Part shown: positions 13,231 to 25,621 of the stretch, in pieces
Layout: the number at the start of each line of letters is the position of its first letter
Position numbering within the stretch: position 1 is the first letter of the stretch
NCBI GenBank assembly: GCA_002269645.1
Contig: NIVC01000322.1
Location: forward strand, 62,001 to 126,000
DNA from: Macrostomum lignano
Taxonomy: Eukaryota
Length of the DNA stretch: 64,000 nucleotides
Reading direction: 5' to 3'
Translations under genes and position numbers: made by a program
Notes under the pieces: model-generated
Database searches by the model: none
What the model was told of the DNA's origin: nothing
The model's input: only the letters and a program-made list of their open reading frames with translations

Positions 13231-13919
13231 GGCGACAACGAGGGGCGCCGGTCCCGGACGCCACCGGACGTCATTCTGCTGTCGGGTGCCGTCTTGAAGG
13301 CATCAACGCGGAGGTGCCAGCAGCGCACCTGAGCCCTTTGTCTCGATACGCACTGGAAGGAGTGGCGGGTCGGCAGTGAGGGTGAGGCAGAGAGAGAAGC
13401 GCAGAGAGCCGAGCTGCTTGCCAACCAACTGGCTGAAGCTGCGGCAGTTGAGATGCCGTGCAGCGGCAGAGTGGGAGAGAAAAACTCACCAAGGCGGTTT
13501 AACAAGGCACTTTCCTGTGCAGCCGAGCCGCCTCACCCAGCTGATGCGATTTCAAGCCATTCATTGCTTTGCTTTGAACAGACAAAAACACACTGAGTAC
13601 AGGTGAGGGACTGAGCAGCATTTTGCACCAATCAGTGGGCCATTAAATGCATTTAAAGATCTCAGACTGCACTGAGGCACAATGGGTCAGCTCAGCCTCA
13701 TCAAGTACAGCTTGGGGTGGCCGCTGCAGCCGCAGCCTCTCCGTTGCCATGCTGGGTGCACAGAGGCGAAGGCGGCGGACTCAGCGCTCATGCTCGGGAG
13801 AGAAGTTTCGGCTGCTCAGGCCGGGGGTGGTCGGCCTCGCCAGAGGCTGCAAAAGGGCGGCAGCTGAGAGATGAGGCGGTAAAATCTTTCTGGCAACCGG
13901 CTGCACAAACCTTTGAAAC

Positions 13920-14066
13920 ACCTGCCGCTCTGACAGCAGCCGTGACTGACATCTGCCGCTCTGACAGCAGCCGTGACTGACATCTGCCACTCTGACAGCA
14001 GCCGTGACTGACATCTGCCACTCTGACAGCAGCCGTGACTGACATCTGCCACTCTGACAGCAGCCA
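13920..14066. repeat. 31-bp tandem repeat (CTGCCGCTCTGACAGCAGCCGTGACTGACAT), about 4.5 copies, upstream of the cGLR
   Basis: Period 13922 to 13953. Confidence 0.92.
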
Positions 14067-14297
14067 ATGATCACAGGTAAGATTCAAGTAGCAATACACT
14101 CGCAGGGTAATTTAAATTAGCTAAAAACTTTTAGGTAAATGTACACCAGCATAGCAGTGCCTCTTTCTCTTCCTATTTCTCCATCCCCTTTTTCTGCGTT
14201 AGGTAAACTTTCTACTTTCTTTCTACTTTCTACTACCTTCTTTTCTGCATTATCTGCATTATCAGTAAACTGCACTTCAACTATCAACAGCTGCAGA

Positions 14298-17200
14298 ATG
14301 GGCAACAACGAAAGCCAACTTCGAGAAAATGCTCGACATGCTGCAAAGTCTGGTGACTTACAAGAAGTAAAGTCTCTCCTGCAGGCAGTCGCCAACCAAA
14401 GAAAAAGTGATGATTTCTGCATCGAGGCTGCTGAATCTGCTGCAGAAAATCGTCAGTGGGAAGTCGTTAAGTTTCTCGTGCAGGCAGTCGCCAACCAAAC
14501 AAAAAGAGATGATTTCTGCATCGAGGCTGCTGAATCTGCTGCAGAAAATCGTCAGTGGGAAGTCCTCAAGTTTCTCGTGCCGACAGTCGCTGACCAAACA
14601 AAAAAAGATGATTGCTGCATCACGGCTGCAGAATCTGCTGCATTCAATGATCAGTGGGAAGTCTTCAAGTTTCTCGTGCCAACAGTCGCTGACAAAACAA
14701 AAAGAGATGATTTCTGCATCAAAGCTGCAAAATATGCTGCAAGAAATGGTCAGTGGGAAGTCGTCAAGTTTCTCGTGCAGGCAGTCGCTGACCAAACAAA
14801 AAAAGATGATTGCTGCATCGAGGCTGCTAAATCTGCTGCAAGAAATGGTCAGTGGGAAGTTTTCAAGTTTCTCGTGCCGACAGTCGCTGACCAAACAAAA
14901 AAAGATGATTGCTGCATCGAGGCTGCTAAATCTGCTGCAAGAAATGGTCAGTGGGAAGTCCTCAAGTTTCTCGTGCCGACAGTCGCTGACCAAACAAAAA
15001 GAGATCGCTGCTGCATCGACGCAGCGGAATATGGTGCGAGAAATGATCAGTGGGATGTCAAGTTCCTCATCTCGAGTCTCTCAAGTCCGGATCAGAAAGC
15101 GAATATCTGTTTCCAATGCGCAGTCGAGGCTTGCTCTCGTCTTCGCGAGGATGTCGTTGCCTCCCTCGGCCTCGAGCCCGACTGGCTCTTCCAATACAGC
15201 ACCATCCTCAGCTTCACTGCAGCAATGGCCATCGAAGGCAGGAACTCTGTTCTCTTAAACACCCTCTCTCGAATGAAGCTAGCGCGCATCACAGAGCTGC
15301 TTTGTCTCTCCATCTCTCAAAGACACGTCGCTCTTGCTGTCACACTGATCAATTATCATCAAGTCAGCAAAGAGCATGTCGATCTGCCAGACAGCACTGG
15401 AGCCACTGCTCTCATGCTGGCAGCTGATGCAGGTCATCACGAGCTCATTGAGAAACTCATCGATCTCGGTGCGTCAGTGCGTGCTGAAGACAGTCAGGGT
15501 CGGACTGCTCTGTCACGAGCGTGCGAAGCCGGTCACGTGCGAGCAGCCAAGGCTCTAATGGACAGAGGAGCGGATGCGAGTCATCGAGACGGTCGGGGTC
15601 TGACGTGTGCGCAGGTGGCACGGCGATTTGAGCAGCGGCAGGTGCTGCGGCTGCTGGATCCCAGTGGAGCGGGGTGAGTGAGGCAAGAATTTTGCGAACA
15701 TATTTTTTGTATATTGAAGTAATTGCTGTTTGCTTTCCTTCACGCATTGCAGAAGCCCAGAGGCCCGGCAGGCAGCCGCTCACCGCTTCGATTCGGGCCT
15801 CCATCGGTGAGTCTGACCGGTTCGGCTTTTACTGCCGTATTGCGCCTTCCAACAGGCTGACAGCTTGGGGCAGAAATTGCAGCGAAACTCCGCAGGCTTG
15901 AGATTGGGTTGGACTGAGTGCTGCAGCAGCTGCACTCTCAGCTCTCCTGCTTGAGATGCCAGTCTGAGTGCTGCAGCAGCTGCACTCTCAGCTCTCCTGC
16001 TTGAGATGCCAGTCTGAGTGCTGCAGCAGCTGCACTCTCAGCTCTCCTGCTTGAGATGCCAGTCTGAGTGCTGCAGCAGCTGCACTCTCAGCTCTCCTGC
16101 TTGAGATGCCAGTCTGAGTGCTGCAGCAGCTGCACTCTCAGCTCTCCTGCTTGTTCTGTCCATCCAACTCTAAGCAAGTCACCCACACGCATCTCGGATC
16201 ATTCCAGGCTCCCAGACGACTCCCAGCAAGACAAGCGCCTGAGCGAGGAGCTGCATCGACTGCTCAGCGATGCGGGATTCACCGAGCAGAGAGCAAAGTG
16301 TCAGCAGAGACTGGCTGGCTGGCTGCAAGTAGTCGCTCGAGTTCTTACACAGGATGGCAGGCAGATGACGGGCAGCTACGCAGAGGGCTGGGCCAACAGT
16401 CTGGTGCAAGTGAACGGCAGGACAGCTGCAGACTCGGACATTGACTGGACTGTGCTGGTTGCTGGGCAGCAGTTACATCTGGAAGGTGGCTGCAAAGGAT
16501 TGTTTCGTTCCTGCAGAGGCGCCACTCGGCTCAAGGAGGTCACGGAGGGCCACGCACAGGTGGCAGCGGGAGCAGGTGAGTGAGGCTGAGTTCATCATCA
16601 GAATGCTAAGATCCGCATGCAACTTATTATCCCCCATTAACTTTGCTCAATTTTAAATTCGCAACCGAGTGGCGCCCAGCCTCCAGCAGCTTCTGTGACT
16701 TGGGTGCTGAAACAAGCGGCAGGCGAAATCGAAAAGAAAACTCTGAGGCCTACTGGCTGTGCCGGGCAATTGGGTTTTGAATTCACAGGATCCGATTGTA
16801 GCAGAGTGGGTGCAGCGGTGCTTGGGTGACCCACGGTAGGCGGCATGGCTCTGCTGAGGTGCTGCTGCTCTCACTTGGAAAATTTCAAACAAAATAAACC
16901 GAAGCCGCCCTGACTGCCTGATTGGTGCCTTGCTGCGGGGCACTGAGTCCTGATGATGCTTGAGCAGCTGTGCTCAGCTGCAGCCTGATGAAGCCAGAGC
17001 AGCTGAAGCTGAATCTGGGCGAACTCAGTGGGTGCAGAGGCTTATGCCTCACAGGTGCATTTACGAGCTATTTGGCTCTTAAGAGAATTTTCAAATTTAA
17101 ATTTAGCAAGTTTTAAACCAACCCATCTTTTTCACTTGCCACAAAGCGACTCTCCGCTCACTGCGCTCTGCAGGCAGCCAACCTGCATTGACAGCCACGG

Positions 17201-19053
17201 CGTGCGGTGTGCGGCCTGCACAGGACACGTGCCATGCGATCGAGTGCTGCAGCAGTTTCTGTGAAGATAAAATAAAAAAAATGCATCGGTGCTTGCGTAC
17301 TATGCTATTTAAGTACTCTGGTACTAAAGTTCACCTCGTTCGGGCGACCAGACCGAGCTCGACCAACGAGCTCAGAGTGAGCTTCAGCTTCCAAGAGAAA
17401 GACATCATGAGACGGCTGAGCACAGTCCAAGGCCAGCTGTTCACACTCATCAAGTTCATCTTCAAGAGACACTTGCCGCTCACTCTGGACACACCTGGAC
17501 TCAAGACCTACCATGCAAAGACTCTGCTCTTCGCAATGCTGGAGAAGCATGGCACACATCCTGAAACTGAGGCTTGGCAGCCCCACAATCTTATGAGGCG
17601 CTTCAAAATGCTGGAGAAGCATGGCACAGATCCTGAAACTGACGCTTGGCAGCCCCACAATCTGATTGCTCTGCTCAAGGAGTCTCTCGACATGATGCTG
17701 AGCTTCATCGACTCGAGCAGCTCGCCCGATGAGTGCATGCCGCACTTCTTCATGCCCGACGCTCCGCTCTACTTCAAGAACGCTGGAATCGGCGGCGACT
17801 TCGACAACACGAAGGCGAGGGTTCGAGACCGACTTCGTGAGGTGAGAAGCGACATCAGCGGAGTGGTCGAGCAGCTGAGGAGACTCGTTCGACCTCTGCA
17901 GTCAGAGAAGTTCTACTTTCATCCGTTCACTCTGCTGCCTCTGACATCGATCAGGAAAGGAAGTTATTACTATTCGAAGATCGCAGAAGTGTATAAAAAA
18001 TACGATAGTACAAATATTTTTTCATGTACTTTTCCAGCAAAATACTGTTTCAGAGACACGGAGAATATCGCAGACGTGTACAGTGTGGTCCACCAGTATG
18101 TAAACGACCTACAGTCGCAACTGAGCGACAGAGACACCCTGATGATACGAAGTCTCTTGCATGAGCAGCAGTGGTGCAAGTGCGCCGCCCTGTGCATGAC
18201 CGCCATGGCGCATTTGAAGTTCGGAAAATATGAGGAGGCTGAGAGAATCGCGATGGAGCTACAGAGACATCAGGTTGAGTCAGGGTTAAAGCTACAGGAT
18301 ATTCGTCTCGACATTCCTAATATAAAACTGCCAGAAGACTCAGACTGGGCGTGGAGGTTCTGCGTCCCCTGCGACTGTCCGCCTCGCTTCCCATTCCTTC
18401 CCGAGTTCACGCAGACTCTGTTCACAGCCAGACTGTCGCAGCCTCTCTCCTCCCACCTGTACGTGAACTTCCGCTGCCTGAGCTGGAGTCTCCAAGCTGA
18501 GCTGCTCCGCAATCGCGCACCTGCAATCGCATTCGATCATTGGATTGAACAGCTGCTTGGAGACCCGGACTTGGAGGAGCTGCTCACTCTGGCTCACTAC
18601 AGCGACTGCCGCTGGCACGTGGAGCTCAGCCTGGAGAAAATGGAGATGATTGAGAAAGAGAGACGCGTCGCCATGGAGACGCAGGACGAGGAGAAGATCG
18701 GCTGGGTCAGGCAGAAGCGGTGGCGAGTTTCGAACCGCAGCGGCAGCGACAGCGGCGCTCACCGCAGCAGGGAAGATGAGGAGCGGAGGCTGTGGGCGAG
18801 GGCGATGCTGCGGCGAGACGGCGCCGACTTGGGGCGCCTGGTTGCCATGGAAACAGCAGCGGAGCAGAGAGACAGCTGGACTCACGCCAAGCTCAGTCGG
18901 ATGAGACTAGAGAAGCTGGAGAGACCTGATGCAGCAGCCGGAGTCCTCAAAGTCGAGTTGCAAAGTCGAGGTCGGAAACGGAAGGCTTGTTTTACTTTGT
19001 TTTGTACTGTTCTTTTTGTTCTGCTTTGGTTTGTCTGTTCTTTTAGGAAATGA
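14298..19053 (+). CDS. Ankyrin-repeat + Mab-21/cGAS-like nucleotidyltransferase (cGLR-like), about 1225 aa; exons 14298..15673, 15753..15806, 16208..16575, 17174..19053
   Basis: Seven 33-aa repeats plus canonical ANK repeats (GATALMLAADAGH, GRTALSRACEAGH). NTase motifs GSYAEG, DSDID and QDTCHAIEC. Mab-21 C-lobe VHLV..ELRVSFSFQEK..LKTYHAKTLLF..W..HNL..MPHFFMP, then a TPR-like helix pair. Intron phases 2, 2, 1 all match; total 3678 nt. Confidence 0.9.
15914..16152. repeat. 50-bp tandem repeat in cGLR intron 2 (about 4.8 copies)
   Basis: CTGCAGCAGC at 15921, 15971, 16021, 16071 and 16121. Confidence 0.95.
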
Positions 19054-20959
19054 GCACATCGAGAGCCATCGAGTGCGAGCAGCCCTCCTGCTGTGAACTG
19101 CAGTTTTGCACATTTGTGCTGCTATTCAATTCACACTGCATGCTGAATTGCTTTTTCCCTTCAAACTGCGTGTCCGCTTTGATGCGGGCTTTTCTCTGCG
19201 ATTTTGTTCTGCGGACTTCAATACCCAATTGCCAATGCTGTTTAGTAAAATATTCAAGCCACATGCCCAGGTAGCAGTTATCTGCATGAACCTGGAAAAT
19301 TCAAAGGTCGGCTGGGTCAGGGAGAAGCTGGAGAGACTTGATGCAGCAGCTTGAGTCGAACTCGTAATTTTGTAAGCTTCTCTGGCTTTTGCGCGAGCTG
19401 TTTGAGAAATTTTACTCTACTTATTTCTGATAAATATTTTACATGTAGTTTACGGGCTTAAAGTACGTATTACGTGTATAAACATATTTTTTAAGTTTGT
19501 TGCTTATAAAAAAACTGACATATTTTTAGCGCCTTCTAGCCGATCCAAAAATTAAAACCTATGACCCAATGATAATTTTTATGAGGAACTATAGTTTATG
19601 ATTTCAAATAATTGCCCAAAAGTTTTTCTTGATATCCGAGCCCAGTTGTAAGAAAAATTAGCAGTAAAAGTGTAGATGTGCAGTAGCTGTGTGCCCTAAG
19701 TGTAAAAATTAGTGCAAATAATTAAGAATTGAACTGAATTATTTAACCCTGATGTAATGAATGATCAATGATGCCAATTTTAACTTTTTTGCTTGTCGTA
19801 CGGCTAAGCTACCAACATACGTAGGTACAATGTTTATTAAAAATTAATTTCAGCCTACTGTTAGTGTTAAATTAATACGATGTTAACCTTATCATCGATA
19901 GCTTTGTCTGTGCCGCTGTGCGTTAGTCAATCTTCGATTATATCACTAGACCTACAGAATCAGATAGGCTCGGCTGGGCCAGGGTCTATAAATTTGAATA
20001 TTATGTTTCGATTGAATTGTTGTCAAATTTTACTGGAGCTCACGAATAGGCTTACTCAATAAATTGTTTGGCTTTCAGTTTTCAGTAATAATATATTGGA
20101 TTCAGTTTTTCTGTAAAAGTTGACATCATACTGTAGGTTTAAAAACTAAATCGCAAATTCTAAATAATCATTTCTCCAGGTATCTATCCAGGTGCATAAA
20201 CACGAATTCAAATTTTCAAATTATTACGCAACTACTCAAAAGCTCGTAATGTTGGTGTTTTATTCGCAATCAATAATTAACATATTTTTCGTAACTCAGC
20301 TGAAAATGGTGGGCCATGAACCAAACTTTTTATGCGCAGTTCACTTTGACTTGTGAAAGAGATTCCTAAAGCTGATCCAGACTCTCGAAGCAGCTGCACC
20401 TCCTACATTCGCACTGAAGCCACCTGAGTATCTGCCACCCAACTTTCACTTGGATTCCAAAGCCAAATGGCATTGGGTGTTCAACTCCTGAGCGTGTCAG
20501 ACTTATGAACATAAATTGACAATAATTATCCCATTTTTCTACTTTCTCTATGTAATTTTGCGTTCGGTGGCTCCCAATTGGGCCGTTTTAGCTGTGACTA
20601 TTTTGGACGAAAAATCGCTAAGTTTTGCGACTTAAAAAGCCTTTCTAATATTAATTTGTCAATATCACGACGAGTTCAATACATTCAATACAAGTTGGAA
20701 TGCATGCTGATGCATTGTTGATGTCGAGAATGCAGTTTCCTGAACATATAGCCTTCAGTAATGAATTATATGCTCCAGATATGGTAAATAAATTCTTAAG
20801 ACATCATTTATCTGATATGATAGCGTCATCTCCAATGATGGCAGACTCCGGTAGGAAGTATGAGGCATGAAATGGATACATAATATGATGCTGGAGTTGA
20901 TGAGTCGCACAATTTCTCTTAGAAGCAGTTGACAAACATCCTAAAACAGAGTTATCACT

Positions 20960-21400
20960 GTCCTCGCGCTCTTGTCTGCCACGGGCACGGCTTCCGGCCA
21001 GCCAGAGAAAGCGTCAACCAGCACCAGCACCAGGATCAGGCTGCCTCCTGACACATGAGCATGGTCCATGTGCACCTGCTTTCAAGGCGTCTCCTCAGGA
21101 GCCCAAGTGTGCACCATGCAATTGCGCAGTGGTCGAATCCTCGTACATGTTGCGCACTGCTTCACAAACCGTTCGACATCCTTGCAGTGACCCTGAGCTG
21201 CTGTAGAGTTTTACTACTGACAACGGCAGGCGTAACCAGCAGGTCTCCGCAGCATATGACGCCGTTTTCGATGGTCAACTGATGTCAAACAGCCTTGAAC
21301 GGGCGCCCTGCAGCCGAGCAGTTGAACCAGACGTTTTTCTGGATCCGGCATTTGATGCTCTTGAGCACTGGGCCGATTCTGTGCCCCGGCGGATCTCAGT
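20960..21400 (-). mobile_element. Degenerate Ty3/Gypsy pol remnant (pre-integrase, zinc-finger C..C and integrase N-terminus)
   Basis: Minus strand reads PVLKSIKCRIQKNVW...LTIENGVICCGDLLVTP and DVERFVKQCATCTRIRP...P*KQVHMDHAH...LVDAFSGWPEAVPV, with stops and deletions. Confidence 0.85.
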
Positions 21401-23299
21401 CAGTCTCAACAGTCGGAAAAATGGCTGAGGACGGCATGAGGTCTGTTCCAGCTGTTCCAACGTACAACATAGACCCGAATCTAAGAACACTGCCGCCAGT
21501 CCGGTCCAGTCTGTCGTCAAGGAGAAAATCCATCTTTGCTGACTTTCGGTGGCGTCAACTTGTTCGTAAGCAATGTTGTCATCGCTGATGGCTGTGTGCG
21601 ACAGGAGCGCTACTTTTTTCACTCCACGCTTTGTAAATCGCAGCAATCAAAATTTTAGTACGAAACTTTAGTCCGAGACAGCGACTTCCTTGGCACCTGG
21701 CCAACTTGGCATGCGAACATGAGCTTCTTATTATGCTTTATTCCAATCAGATCGCCATAGTCGATGTCACATCCTACCGCAAATTGAGCTCAATCACCGA
21801 ATCACCAATTGCCAGGGTGAATGCTGGAGCCGTCCAGCCATTCTCGGGCACCTGTTGTGAGGTTGTACTGCGCACCGACTTGCAGAACTGTTTATGGAGG
21901 CCTACATTTACAGCATAACTAAGCATAACGAGCAATAGTATTCACCGGATGGATTTCTATTACCATCGATTTCAAAAACTCGTAGAAACGCTTATGACAA
22001 AGCTGTTGCATTCCATTGAGCTACGATTCCGGCATGCAGTGGAGGCTGAGGTGGAAATTTGAAGTTTTTCTTAATACTTACACTTACACTGCAAACGCAA
22101 CAGGAATTCAACTCACCTCTATGGCCTCCATCAAATCGGAAGTAGTGACTTCGACTTGGTGGACAATGTGAGTAGGAACTCGAGTCGAGACGAACAGGCT
22201 TGTCACAGTTACTGGGTAGAGCATGCAATAGTCTGAAAGCCAAATTGACAGTCATCGCTTCACTCTGCATATTTGCTTCTCAAGAATTTTGCTCTATAAA
22301 TGGCCTATAATTGAACAATTAATTAAACGTTGGCCAACTGTCGATATTTGGGTTTATAAAGTGATTAATAATATCCCTGTTGTCACCTCGATGTAATCCT
22401 TTACTAAACCATCCTGGCGCAGTCCAAAAACTCATGTAACGGTCAAAAGTGTCAAAAAAGTTACTCCTATCACAGCATTCGACATTTTGAGTTGCTGCTG
22501 TATGAGTACGAGTGCTCGTAGCAGCCTGGGATATTTCTCATGCCTTGACTATCGAGTTCTTGAAGTTCCGATGCTGAGTAGCTGATTGTCTTGCTGCTCA
22601 ACTCAGTTAATACTGGCGGGCCGAGTAAGTCTGGCGTTATAGTGATACAGAGTGCCAGGTTAGTGACAAGTGAGACCCATTGGCTGACATCAGCAGCTCC
22701 TACCTGTCCTGGTATGACGAGCAGGCAGCATCAGATCAGCGTACGGAGTATTTTAACTTTAGTGTTTAAATAACTGCAGCATGAGGCTTACATTCAGTAG
22801 AATGTTGCTCTGCCCAAAATGAGCCTCCAGTTACACCCTGTGCGTCAGCGGCTCGGGAAATCGCCTTAGAGACCTCTGCAGTGGCTGGTGATGGTGCGAC
22901 TTTACTGAATGGTGCAGTGCCAGATTGAAATGTGAAAACAATTCATGATTTTTACTTGTTGGATACATTTTTCCTCGGAAAGTTTTTTTATACTTTTAAC
23001 AGTAATATTAAGCGTTTAAATTCCTGTTACATCGGCGGTAAAAATCGATGACTTAATTCAGGTAATTTAAATCATTGGTTTTCTGTATTTTCATTAAGAA
23101 ATGCTGATGCTGCCACCATACTCGTCAGCACCTGCAAGTTAAGCAGGGTTGGTCGGGTTAGCAAACAGCGTCCAACCCTCATGCAGCCACTGAGAGCGAT
23201 TCCCGACAGTCGCAGCACTGCGCTCTGCTAGCTTTTTTCCTTGCCAACTTGTATTGTAGAAATCATGGAGAGCATCGCTACCTACCTTAATTTCCCATC

Positions 23300-23900
23300 A
23301 GCCTGAGACGTTTCCAGCTGTGCCTATCGACCCAGACATTCTGCAGGAAAGCCGCGGATCTCCCAACTGGTCGACCGGGGCAAAGCAGCTGAGGCAGCGA
23401 GTCGGAGCTCGACTTCGGGTAGCTGAGCGTGACGCATTCTGTCCAGTTCTCTTGAAAGCGTCGTGAATCATTGCTGGATCTTCACAGTCAGATTGTTCGC
23501 GCTCCAAAGTTTCATAAGGATCCGTAATAAAAAATTGTTTCTTAGACAAGGCTAAACACACTAAGAGCTCTGAGACGCTGGGGCGTCGGAACGGCAAATG
23601 GGTCGTTATTAACTCTTGCACAGGTGAATCAGGTTAATGGTGTCTGATTGAACTTTTTTCAACTTTAGGACAACTAAAGTGCTGGGCTTGGGCTCTAAAA
23701 ATAAATGAGATTTTGTTGATTAAACAGGGCCTTCTCCATGCACACACACTAGAACGACGAGAGCTGAAGATGTTTTTCCTGAACCAGGAGCCGCACATGT
23801 CGGCCGGATTCGCCCTGAACCGGTTGTTGCATTGGGACTCGGCCACCCCAGCCATGCCGACCGTAGGAGTTTCCACAGAAGTAGTGCGCCAATCACCACT
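23300..23900 (-). mobile_element. Possible highly decayed LINE (endonuclease-like) fragment
   Basis: Only weak similarity (DMCGSWFRKN..., I..I...RHH) to the AP-endonuclease C-terminus of RTE/CR1-type elements; broken frames. Confidence 0.25.
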
Positions 23901-24371
23901 GCGTGCAAATTACAGAAACCTTGAGCACATCCGAGCGCACAACCGGACAGTTGTGTCTGAGCTCAGTCTCCACCGTGCGCAGGTCGCGAACTCCGGAGTC
24001 TCGGTGTGATGAAAAAAAGGCAATTAGATAAATAGCATGCACGGTGAGCAATTATTTAGGCCCTAGACAAACCTACTTGGAGCGTCAGAGATTTTAAAGC
24101 TATTGATCCTAATCGCCTATCGCCGGTCGGCGAGTTCTACCAGTCTTTCTCCAATAGCCGCAGGTACAGTACCGGAAAAGAAAGAACACGAGGGAACGCG
24201 AACCGAAAGATTTAGAGAGTGACAATCCTATAAGAACAGCTAATAAACAATTGACTTGACGGTTTAATTTGACACATTCAATAGTTACAAGATTCAAACA
24301 AATTTGCGGCGCAGATAATTAGACTGATGATAACGAATAATACGATTAATAATAATGATTATATTACGCAC

Positions 24372-25191
24372 TGACAAGCGGATCTCAGCTGAAGAAGGAG
24401 GAGGCACCGAACACAGGACCACGGAGAAAGACTCCTAACCCCTGGCCTAAGCCAGAACCTACTTTCAAACGAGAGCCCTGCCGAATCGACCGTTCAACGG
24501 AGTACCGACTAAATTCTATCGGCACTGCCCTTCAGTGTAACACTGAGGCCCTCGGGATCGAGGCCGCGTACTTGATCAGATCCGACAGTCTCTATCTAAC
24601 CGCGCTTGATAGCGACGACTTCAGACAGGAATTTGCCGTAGACGTTACGCCACAAGACTAAAGCGGTTGGGCGGGGACAAAGATACGGACCGGGGGTGAT
24701 AAATTCAGGCGCCTCAAAGCGCGAACCAACAAGAGGAGAAAATCGGGCCACCGGCCGGGAAGCAAGACAAAACCGGGGAAAGAGAGAGAGAAAAGTGAGA
24801 TCCGATTGCCAAACACACCTTCATATATAGTCAGAGTCAAACCCTCACAAAACCCCCCTCAAGCCGGGTGGTGGTCGTCTGGCCGGCCGCTTGCTAATCC
24901 GACTTGCACTGTGCCCGCGGCGCCGGGTAGAATTGAAACTTGCCGCGTGCCAGGGTCCAGGCCGGTTCTGATTGGCTGGCCGCGCAAAGCTGGGGTTCGC
25001 AGACAAACTCAACCCTCCGCTGAGTCACAGATGGCGTCTGGCTTCTAGCCTGTTTACGCAAAATTGATTCTAACTAACAAGGAAAAAGTACACCAAAAAC
25101 GTATGACTAAACTAAAGCAAAATAACAATTCAATACCAATAATGCAAAACCTAACTAATAGAATACAAGGCTATCGCAAAAGATGCTCACA
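24372..25191 (-). mobile_element. LTR-like segment (promoter architecture on the minus strand)
   Basis: CCAAT box (plus CTGATTGGC, about 24970) and TATA (plus TATATAG, about 24826), followed by a pyrimidine-rich tract. Candidate TG..CA ends, but no matching target-site duplication found. Confidence 0.35.
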
Positions 25192-25621
25192 CTACATCGG
25201 AAACAGCCGATGTAGCTGATTCCTGTCGTGGTTTAATTGTGAGTTTGTATGCTTTGCGGAAGTGTTAGGATGCAGCTTTGCAGGTGGACTACGAATACGC
25301 TCGTATAGGGCTTGTTCAGTGGAATAATATGTTTTTGCAGCCTAAAAGAAGGCCAGAGACGACCGAAATCAGAGATTATGCAGACACATGTGGTCGAAGA
25401 ACTGATGAAAAATAGCAAGGCTTGGCAACGAACGACAGTGTAAATATGCGTAAATGAATGCTGAATGTACTTTTCATAACAAATTAGCGCTTATGGAAAT
25501 ATTCAGATCTCGTGGACTATTCGAATTTGTCAACTGTCTAGATGTGTGGCGAATTCATTCTTGTTGAAGCAGCTGATGTCGTGTGCATGAATACCTTTGA
25601 GCACCCTCTCCAGTTCTGCCT

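Noticed and set aside
13230-13900. GC-rich segments with minus-strand splice-like signals (GTGAGT at about 13489)
   Set aside because: Could be exons of an unrecognised gene, but I could not build a phase-consistent ORF or recognise a domain
25192-25215. Perfect 9-bp hairpin CTACATCGG-AAACAG-CCGATGTAG (Helitron end or terminator; minus strand also reads YIGCF, WSC-like)
   Set aside because: No CTRR terminus at the expected distance and no extendable ORF; an isolated hairpin is compatible with chance
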